From Toensbergia leucococca (taxonomy: Eukaryota): DNA of 64,000 nucleotides. The stretch covers positions 248,001-312,000 of the forward strand of contig JALDZS010000002.1 of NCBI GenBank assembly GCA_022813965.1, in the 5' to 3' direction. The notes beneath the pieces are model-generated. The model was not told the DNA's origin and searched no databases. It saw only the letters and a program-made list of their open reading frames with translations. Below, piece by piece: positions 52,501-61,941 of the stretch; the first letter of the stretch is position 1; each line of letters begins with the position of its first letter. A program made the translations under genes and the position numbers.

Positions 52501-53302
52501 TCAAACCTTTCCACCAACGGCCCATTTGGGCAGTTCATAACCCCGATTTCATGAATCCTGGCGCTTGGGATAGCATTCCATCTATGGCTCAGGCTTACGC
52601 TTCCGTCATATCTGCTACATCGAAAGGACCTTATATCTTAGGAGGATGGTCTTTTGGCGGCGTTGTAGCTTTTGAAGCAGCCCGTATTATGATAGATCTA
52701 GGCTTGCTGGTTGTCGGTGTCGTCTTGATCGACTCGCCACCTCCCATTAGCAGCATTGACATTTCGCTGCCCCGAGAGACCATCGACGCAGCCATCACGC
52801 AATCCACACCCCAATCTGCAACCAACGGCACAGACTCCACCAAAAATTCCAATGACGTTCGCAATACCGTGCGAGAGCTTGTCCGTGAAAATTACATCGC
52901 CAGCTCCGGCTTATTGCGAGCCCTAAAAATCGATCCCGACCTACCGATGCCCCCAACCACCATCCTGCGAGCAAAAGACACTTTCGAAATCCCAGGACGC
53001 GATCTCCCCTATCACCCCTGGCTCGACCATAGCTCAGACCCTACTCTAGCGCCCAGGGGATGGGGCCAGATTGTCAAGTCCACGGTGACGATGACGGAGA
53101 TCCCTGGCAACCATTTCAACATCTTCGATCCAAGCAATGTGAGTATTTCGTACTAGCGAGTTTGTGTGCGCTTGTGGATCTATTGTTCTGACAATTTCTC
53201 GTACAGATTGCTACCACCGCTGAGGCGTTGTCTAATGCATGCAAAGAACTTCAGCACTTGTACGAACGGGAAGAGAAAGAGTCTCATTGGGTTGGGGAGT
53301 AG
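46513..53302 (+). CDS. Non-reducing polyketide synthase SAT-KS-AT-PT-ACP-TE, orsellinic-acid-synthase (OrsA-like) type, about 2106 aa
   Basis: [97 protein letters not shown]. Introns 47092-47144, 47793-47854, 48195-48251, 48437-48497, 49488-49538, 49796-49848, 52131-52194, 53139-53206 leave a 6321-nt frame. Confidence 0.93.
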
Positions 53303-54210
53303 AACGATGTTGATGTGGTCGGGCTTCAAGATATGCGCTTTGGGATGTGTGGTTGTGCAAGTTGGTAGTGCGGACTTCTGGAGCGGTGGTTTGTCGATTC
53401 ATGCATGACGGTCGTTTCCATCCCTTTTCCGCTTCTTCCCGTTTGTTCAGAGGATTTTCCCTTTCCCTACCTGTCATATATCTCTTTGCAATTATAGACA
53501 CCATCTTCCTTCAGCACGAATATATCATCGTAACAAATCCAACTTCTACTGCTCGTTCCCCAGCTCCCAAGCAGTTGAGAATAACGCACGCCGCCCTGAG
53601 TCAAATCAACATCTTTGTAGTATACATCTTAAAAGACAACCTCTTATCATATAAGTCCACATAAATAGAAGAGATGAAAAATTGATGACTCTTTGAACTC
53701 AAGAAGGATGATATATTGAACGATTGTAATATGGTGAAGTCAACAAGTCCTCAATACTGCGGATCGTGACCCTGTTACAACACTTAATAGCTTGGTACAT
53801 TCAAAGTCGGGCGCAGATGTTGTTGGACCAGAATAGGTAAGAAAAACAGCCGATGAATAATGCTGTAATCACGTCCAGGAGGCCTTCATCTAGTAAGTCA
53901 GGTTATGGAGAATGCATGACTAATCTCAATAGGGGGCCAACGGTGTATTTTCTCTAGTACCCGTAGTAATTGCGATTCCTAATGAATGTGTAATGGATTT
54001 TCCATATGTGGTTCGCCAGTGTGAGAGCCCTCGGACTTGATCAGGCTTCTCAACCTCTGCGAGATTGATTGTGGGCAGAAGCAAAGCAGAGTCAAGGCGT
54101 CCAAGGGTCTAGAGAAGCAATCACGCAGTCACGAATATAAGACGGAGAAGATATGATTGATGCGATTATAGAAAAAGGTTGAAACTGGCGGCACTTGCGG
54201 TAACGGTGAT

Positions 54211-54245
54211 GGAAAAGGGAAACCGGAAAACGGAAAACGGAAAAC
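54211..54245. repeat. 7-bp tandem repeat x5 (GGAAAAC) upstream of the bHLH gene
   Basis: ggaaaag ggaaacc ggaaaac ggaaaac ggaaaac. Confidence 0.8.
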
Positions 54246-54623
54246 GGATGGATGAAGAATGTTTCCTATCCTAGAACTAGTCCGTCGACCAATCAACAGG
54301 CAGGAAACGACCCCCGTGTGCGAAAGGTCTGGTGTGCGCCTCTTGCCCGACTATTGAGCGTCGCAGCCTATGATATTCAGAGCACGAGCACGAGCACGCG
54401 ACACACTTCAAGTCTCAAGATACCCTAGAGGTAGTAAGGATGGAGGGGAAACCAAGTGGTCATTCCACTTTTCCCATCACTGTCCCGATTCCACTGTCGT
54501 CCTTGAAAATCTCGGATTGTGACAAGAGGACAAGAATGCCAATCCTCCATATTCGCACACACCACTGAGCACGCGATCACAATCCACCGACTCATCATCT
54601 TTAGGAATAGGAACACAAACACC

Positions 54624-55849
54624 ATGCCTCGTGCCAATCTCCCACCGACTCCTGCCTCCTCGACTGATATTCTAGGCAAAGATGACTCCCGCCTGTCGTT
54701 TCTAGAGACATCCTTTACTTTACCCCCGCCTGCTATCGCTTCCGCAGCCATCAACCGCTCATCCAGCACTTCAGTCAAATCGGCAGAGGACTCAACGAAT
54801 CACCCGGCATCTCCAAACTCTCCAATAGCAGTATCAAGCTCTCAAGCTCACAAATGGCATTCGAACACCCAACAGAGACAACCCCCCACTGCCGGCTCCG
54901 ATTTCTCATTGCCTCCACCTCCCACAAGATCGAGGAAGATCATACAAATGAAGCCAGGCCAGCAAACCACACAATCCTCCACACATTCCACGAAGCAGAC
55001 CGCAAAAGAATCGAATAAACGACCTGCTCCTGCATCATCCACCACATCGGCCTCTGTAACCAAAAAAAAGCACCCCAGCTCCACTAGCATGGCAGGGAGA
55101 AAAATCGCCAGGAAAACAGCACACAGCCTAATCGAGCGAAGACGAAGATCGAAGATGAATGAAGAGTTCGGCGTGCTCAAAGATATGATTCCCGCCTGTA
55201 AAGACGAAGAGATGCACAAGCTTGCCATACTACAGGTAAGACATCCTTCCCACAAGCAGCATGCATTGCGCATAGAAGTGACAACCATGGAAAACAGGCA
55301 AGCATCGACTACCTCCGCTACCTCGAACAATGCGTCACCGACCTCAAAGCCGCCAACAGCGCCCTCCCAACCCCAAAAATACCCGCATCCCAAGCCCCCA
55401 AACGCCGCCATACCCCACCCATTCAAGACTCCGACTCCAATGCCACCTCCTCCTCAGCCTCAGACCACGAAATGGAAAACCCCTCGCCAACCACCTCGCC
55501 CCAAACCCGCCCCTCCAATCCCCAGGCCCCAACCCCCTGCTCCATCATCGCCTCCCCATCCCTAGGCCCCCACAACAACAACCAAAATCGCCCCTCCCAC
55601 ACTCCATCCCTCTCAACCCTCCCCTCTCCAGCTTTCGGGTCCCACCATCAACACCACTATCAAGCATTCCGCCCCCATCAATACACTCACTCGGCATCGA
55701 CATCGCCCGCACTCCTGCCAAGCGCGATGAGGGACTCGGATCATGAGGCCACGGCTGCGTTGCTGATGCTGAATCAGGAGCGGAGGAATACTAGGACTGG
55801 AAGTAGTGTCGGGCGGGGGATGAGCGTCAAGGATCTTTTGGGTCCGTAG
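54624..55849 (+). CDS. bHLH transcription factor
   Basis: ARKTAHSLIERRRRSKMNEEFGVLKDMIPAC…MHKLAILQ|ASIDYLRYLEQCV; intron 55236-55297 restores helix 2 and the frame to stop 55849. Confidence 0.9.
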
Positions 55850-57425
55850 GTTTTGCGAGGGAAGTTATGATTTGGGTCAATTGTCATGTATATGCGGCGT
55901 TTTCTGGGACCGAGGGCTGTTCTGAATGTCATGTTGGGAAAAGTCTTCGGGAGCATTTGAGCGTTTTCAATGCTGCTATGTCCGGCTAGCGATTAGATAC
56001 ATGGACGTGATAAATGAAGTGATTACGGCAGGGCATCGAATCTATTCATCATTACAAAAGAGCTTCAAAACTTCGGTAGAATGCGTTCGATGTCTTTCTC
56101 AGCGGGTACGTCTGGAAAGGCGTGACAGACTGAAAGCTTGCCAGCCGCGTTATCAATCATACTTCCGACAAGACACCCCAAATCGTTGACTTGTAACGAA
56201 TTTTGACTAACCGCACCCCCTCGATAATAATCCATTTCCCCCAAAAGGAGAACTCGGTTCGTCGCCTCTCTCTTCAACCACCGCTTTTCGGTGGACGTTT
56301 ACTTTGCGATTACAGTTTTTCCGTTTCTCCTCGTTCGCTTGCTGCTGGGAATGTTGATGGGTAGGTGTGTAAGGTCCCGGCTAGTGTGGAGTAGGGACTG
56401 TGGGGAATTAGAATCGGGGGCGATGGGTGGATTCTTTTTTTTTGGTTGGTTTGATTTTTGAGGGGGAAGTTTTGGGCCGGGGGGGAGGATGTGAGGAATG
56501 GAGATGGGGGAGGTGGTGAGTAGGTATTTTTGGGAAGGGGGAGCGGAGATTGGGGGTGGATTAGGTGTTTTGAGAAAAATAGGACGGAATGGGGAGAGAG
56601 GATTAGGGATGTTTTTGTCTTGGGTACTTGCCGGGGCATCTAGTGGCGAACGTCTGCTTTGGGTTACGTGTGCGTTGGGCGGGCGCGTGGAGTTTGTATC
56701 CACGTTGTATCAGTCGATTGGATGTTTCTTTGGACAGGACATCAATTTCGCGGCGCATCATATGTTTGTTGTTGCTGTAGAGGCACTTGCTTGATGGATT
56801 AGGGAATCGATCGAGATCTATATTTTTATTTGTTTCATGGGCGCGCTGGGTTAAGTGGTCTTGCGGATGAGCTTTTAGACGCGGCTCAATTGACTTGAGA
56901 TATTGGTATTGTGTGAGTTATGGTAGGAATGGTGTCCATGTGATAGGGGTGAAGACTGGTACTTGGATTGGAAGTTGTTCAGGTAGTGTATTTGAGGAGT
57001 TGATAGTACATTAGTTGTAGTCAGATAGCCGGAATGACGTTGTTGTATCAGGTATGTCTGGTACCTCATTGTTGATGAACCATGGTGTTGCAAGATCAAT
57101 GGAGTGGCTCATTGAGACCCTGGGCTAGTTACCCCAGGATACCATAGAATAAGCGAAGCGTGGGGTAGCTCGATCCTGATAGAGGTCACTGGACCAGAGC
57201 TCGAGGTGACAGACCCCGCATCTCACGAGGTGTCACCTCCTTCGTATCACTCCAATCTCCCTTGATCTCTCAAGCTTAATTACTTGCCTCGTACCTGAAT
57301 CTCCACAGAAAGCCATCCGTTTCCGTCACACACAACATCAGTTCACTCACCTTTCCGTCATCCAACTGTTAAATCCCTCATATCTTAATACACCTTCCAG
57401 TGGTTTCTGATAGCTGAAAGTAATC

Positions 57426-58244
57426 ATGTCATCAGACACAGCAGATCTCACCAAGGTTGACTCGGCCGTCTCGGGCTTGTCGTCATCGCCTCCGAAAGAT
57501 GAGAAGAGGGGACATAGGAGAGCGAGCTCAAGCGCAGCAGGGGTGTATAACATCAACGACCTAGGTGAGTTTTGCTTGTACCCTTCCTGAAATACTTGAT
57601 GGACTTTGGTGTTGGTGAGGCTATCGGCGATGAAAGCATGGCTGATAGGTGTGCAGAAAAGGAGGGGAAGGAACTGCAAATAGCAAAGGAGACACAGAAA
57701 CTAAACTGGTAAGTTACATCCCTCTTACCAGCATATAGTCTCCAATGTGTTTATATCTTCCTTTTTGTCCTGTAACAGGACGTGTGGTTTTCACAACCCT
57801 GTTTTGTTCATGACTGACCTCTCGCCTGTAGGAAGCTGAATACCTCTCCGGCAACACTGGACGAGAAAGAAGTCCTCAAGAAGTTCCTTACGAATCCTCC
57901 AGTCAAGAAGATCGACTTGCACTTCCCGCTAGGGCTTGAAGTGACTGCACGAAACATGAAGGGTGTGACGATAAAGGACGCACTAGACGCTATCCACAAG
58001 CAGTACAAGAAGAAGGTAAGCAAAGCACCCTTTTGGCTTAAGAAACGACCGACATTATCCTTCGAAACAAGTACTAATATATTGCGGTATCTAGGCCGAT
58101 GATGAATTGGAGTTGCCTGTTCTAGCAGGATTCGAGTGGGACAAGGACGAATCATGGACGAGGCTGATTGTGCACCAAAAAAAAGAGGGGGCTCCGTCCA
58201 CTGCGGGAAAGAAGAAGAATAAGAAGGGTGCTGATGACGAATGA
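57426..58244 (+). CDS. Small conserved-looking fungal protein of unknown function (4 exons)
   Basis: MSSDTADLTKVDSAV…HRRASSSAAGVYNINDL|EKEG…TQKLNW|KLNTSP…IDLHFPLGLEVTARNMKGVTIKDALDAIHKQYKKK|ADDEL…AGFEWDKDESWTRLIVHQKK; canonical GT..AG introns join in frame. Confidence 0.8.
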
Positions 58245-58812
58245 AACTCATCTACAATACCTATCCAGTAAGCAACGATGTGCTCGTTAAGATACTAGGA
58301 CGACAAAGTAAAGAATATTGGAATGGTTGAAACGATATTGAGAAAGGAAATGTTGTACGGAAGGGGTTCACACAGATAGCGGTAGAGATGCCAGAGAATC
58401 TATCTGCTCTGCTATTGCAGTACCACACAATGATGGAGTGATGGCGTGCTAGCATCGTCAGTTTTCTCGTAGAATTTCGGAGCTCTCTGGAACGGTTTGG
58501 ATTCCAATAACGGAGTAAAGACCGAAGCAAGGTGTGTCGAGGTCCAGGACAAAGATAATGCGAGTATGGCATTGTCGGGTGCAAACGTGAAATCCTCGAG
58601 TTGAAACGAGGATTTGTGCGAAGCTCAAAATCAACGCTATGCCCAAAAGCAGATAAGCTCAGCCGAACGCCAAGTACCTAGGTAAAGTGCAGCATCAACT
58701 TCATCTCTTCTTTCGTTCAAGACACGAGTATTGTGATCGAGAGGCTGCCCTGGTTTTGCCATGAAGCCGACATTATCCCAACCAATCTCGTAGTCTCCGT
58801 CGGTATCACGTC

Positions 58813-60234
58813 ATGGAATATCGTGCGTCGATCCCTCCGGGCTTACCGCATCCTAACCCCACGATATCATACTGGCAAGACCCGCCATCTTCCTTATCTA
58901 CTCACCGCACGACATCCACCCTTCCTCCGTCCGTCTCCATCGTCATCATCGGCTCCGGTATCACTGGTACTACCATCGCCCATACACTTCTCAGTCAGCC
59001 ATCCCCGCCATCAACATTACTGCTTGAGGCCCGCACTGCCTGCTCTGGGGCAACGGGTCGAAATGGTGGTCACACTAGATGTGCATCATATCGCTCTTTC
59101 CTTAGTAACCTTCGCAGTCTTGGTGAAGAAGAGGCTGCAAAGATTGTTAGATTTGAGTATGGGTGTATGAAAGCGGTGCATGCCTTTGCTAGAGAAAATG
59201 ACTTTGAGTGTGACAGTTGGGAAGGCGACACGGTGAATATAATCTATGATGAAAGAAACTGGAAATCAACAAACGAGACCATTAGGGAGATGAAAAGAGT
59301 GCTGGGAGAGGACGATCCTGCAGCTGGGTACACGTTGTGGGGTCCGGAGGCAGTGGAGAGGAGGTTCCTTGCCAGAGGTGCTATAGGAGCCTTATCGTTT
59401 AACGCTGGCAGTATAAGTGCCTATAAGTTTGTCATCGGGATCTTGAAAAAAGCGTTAGAAAAGGGGTTGAATTTTCAGGCAGAGACGCCAGCGTTAAAAA
59501 TAGAGAGGGCAACGGACGGAGAATTTGGTTGGATGATTGAGACATCGAGAGGGAACGTGAAGGCCGAGAAGGTAGTACTTGCGACGAATGGTTATACCGC
59601 GCATCTGTGTCCAGCCCTACAGGGCGTTATCGTTCCACTCAGAGGCCATGTGACCGCCCAAAAGCCAGGAGGTGGAATGCCACAGAGTGGTCTGTCTTCA
59701 ACGTATTGCTTTGTCTATGCTGATGGATATGAGTATATGATCTCGAGACCCCAAGGTTCGAAATATGCTGGCGATATCATCATTGGTGGTGGATTGACAA
59801 AGGCAGCCGAAGAGGGATTGCGTGAGTATGGGACGACGGATGACACGACAACAGACCCCAACATCATTAAACATCTTCGAAACAGTACTGTGGAATACTT
59901 TGGTTCAAATTGGGGGAACGATCACCCCGATGGCAGGATGCGTACGGCATGGTCTGGGATCATGGGCTATTCGGCCGATGGATTCCCCTTGGTCGGCCAG
60001 ATCCCAGAAGAACAAGGACTGTATGTTGCAGCTTCGTTCCAAGGATCTGGGATGGTGATGTGCTTTTGGTCAGCAATGGCTTTAGTCGAACTACTAACCG
60101 GCAGAGATAGTCACGAGCTAGATCAGTGGTTTCCGAAAGCTTTTCGCATAACGAAGGATAGGATGGGGCATAGGTTTCGAGGAAGACTTCACACAAAAAT
60201 GCCGCAGTGTACCAAGACCAAAATTCAAACGTGA
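58813..60234 (+). CDS. FAD-dependent oxidoreductase, DAO/glycine-oxidase family
   Basis: IVIIGSGITG, LLEAR..CSGATGRNGGH, VVLATNGYT, WSGIMGYSADGFPLVG, FQGSGM; 473-aa intronless ORF. Confidence 0.92.
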   Translation: MEYRASIPPGLPHPNPTISYWQDPPSSLSTHRTTSTLPPSVSIVIIGSGITGTTIAHTLLSQPSPPSTLLLEARTACSGATGRNGGHTRCASYRSFLSNLRSLGEEEAAKIVRFEYGCMKAVHAFARENDFECDSWEGDTVNIIYDERNWKSTNETIREMKRVLGEDDPAAGYTLWGPEAVERRFLARGAIGALSFNAGSISAYKFVIGILKKALEKGLNFQAETPALKIERATDGEFGWMIETSRGNVKAEKVVLATNGYTAHLCPALQGVIVPLRGHVTAQKPGGGMPQSGLSSTYCFVYADGYEYMISRPQGSKYAGDIIIGGGLTKAAEEGLREYGTTDDTTTDPNIIKHLRNSTVEYFGSNWGNDHPDGRMRTAWSGIMGYSADGFPLVGQIPEEQGLYVAASFQGSGMVMCFWSAMALVELLTGRDSHELDQWFPKAFRITKDRMGHRFRGRLHTKMPQCTKTKIQT

Positions 60235-61740
60235 AGATTGCTACTTTGTTCTTTTCCAAACATCCTTCTCGAACCCAAAATCTGCATGTATTTGTGGTAC
60301 GTCTTCGAAAGAAACCATCGCTCCATCAAGACTCGCCATGTTCTTATCAGACACCACAAAGCTGCGTGGAGCCTTTCAGAGTACTATTCGGCAAGCGACA
60401 ATCTCAAAGCTTCGGCCCTGCTGAACGTATTTGAGAGAAACCAAACATATCGAGTGGCACAACGCACCTTGACCACGGCTCTTGTCACCACCAGCACGAC
60501 GCCAAAGATCATCCCACTGGTTCATTTGTCGAGCCATTGCCTGACCCTGACCCGGCGTATGCTGCTGCTCGATCACCAGGAAAGCTCTATACCTATCCGC
60601 TTCTTCATTGTATTGATCAATGGCGGGACACTGCTCGAAGCCTTTGGGCCGTTCTGTGGTTAAAGGAGGCGACCTGGCTGGCTTCTTGGTGTCAGGTGGC
60701 CTTTAGAGCTTCAAGTCAGTGATGACGGATGATAGTGTGAATCATTTTTGGATATAAAAACATGTTGGGAGCATTACGACATTGTGAAAGATTCTCGAAG
60801 CCAGTGAAATGTCAGGAGACTATACGAATTGAAGGGACTCGGAAAACTCTACAAGTCTTGTTCGTCGTGGATGTATTGGAGATAGTACGTTAGAAGTGGT
60901 GAAAGATATCTACAAACAGCGGAGCACTATGGGTATAGGTGGGCATACATATAACCGTACAGCATTGGAGAAGCAAGGCAACTGGACTAATTCAGACCCA
61001 TGTCTTCACACCGGATGAAGGACAGTGATACTGCTGAATGCCGAGTATTTGATGGCCCCCTTTGGAGTGCGCGCAAAACTTCCTTGGCTGAAGAGTAAGG
61101 TAGGTACTTTTACCGGGACCGGATAGAAAGGACAATAGCACCAGTAGCGCTAAGGAAGCCACCGACTGATGATGTGCATCGAAATACCAAGGTGATCCCT
61201 ACGTATACCGTCGACTAACGATCAGGGTTATTGTTCTCTGGTTGCGGTTGGCCGGGTCGAAATCAAAGTGCGAGCCATGATCCGACGAGTGATTTACGAG
61301 TAGGCTGGAAATTGTGCCATGGAGGATGGGACTAGTAAGGTACGGAGTACCTTATGCGTGAACCGGAAGGCGGAATGCGGATTCGATGGTGAAGGCGCGG
61401 CTTGCGAGTCATCTAGAACGCACTCGGTCAGCCACAGATGTGGCGCGTCGGGAACCTATGGCCGCCCCACTTTGCACTGTAATCAGCTTATTCTTCTCCC
61501 CGAAGACTCCACTACGGATGATACTGTGCATCTCTGTGAACACGGCTTCGCTTGCCTAAGCTTTGAACAAGGGTTGACTTTTTTTTCAACAAGATTGTAG
61601 TATGGTATTCCTCAAAGCCTAGGTGTGTACAGAGTATGTCAGACGGCAGCGAGGCCTACCTAGCGTCGATAATACTGACTCTGACAAGGTATGGATTTAA
61701 GACGCAACGCTTAATCAAGCTTAATCGACTTCCGCAAATA

Positions 61741-61826
61741 CCTAGGTAGGTAGGTAGGTACGTACCTAAGTGACTACCAACCCAGTAGGTGGTAGGTACT
61801 ATTAGTAAGGTAGGCGAGTAGGTAGC
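61741..61826. repeat. (TAGG)n / TAGGTA-rich simple repeat
   Basis: cctaggtaggtaggtaggtacgtaccta…gtaggtggtaggtac…aggtagg…gtaggtagc. Confidence 0.75.
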
Positions 61827-61882
61827 TTGTGTGGCTTGCGGGAGGCCCTCATGTGGATCTGAAGCAGGTTCAGGCTTAGTCC

Positions 61883-61941
61883 GTATGCGCTATTCCTCTT
61901 TTGCTGCTCCAATGGATCAGCAAAAGAGGAATAGCGCATAC
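61883..61941. repeat. Perfect 24-bp inverted repeat (59-nt hairpin)
   Basis: GTATGCGCTATTCCTCTTTTGCTG (61883-61906), spacer CTCCAATGGAT, CAGCAAAAGAGGAATAGCGCATAC (61918-61941). Confidence 0.95.

Noticed and set aside
58813..60234. DAO-family oxidoreductase as a member of the PKS cluster
   Set aside because: Separated from the PKS by two unrelated conserved genes, and the family is widespread; no evidence of linkage
60238..61000. Short ORFs downstream of the flavoprotein, with a weak Walker-B-like LFVVDVLE
   Set aside because: Isolated match without a P-loop or coherent frame
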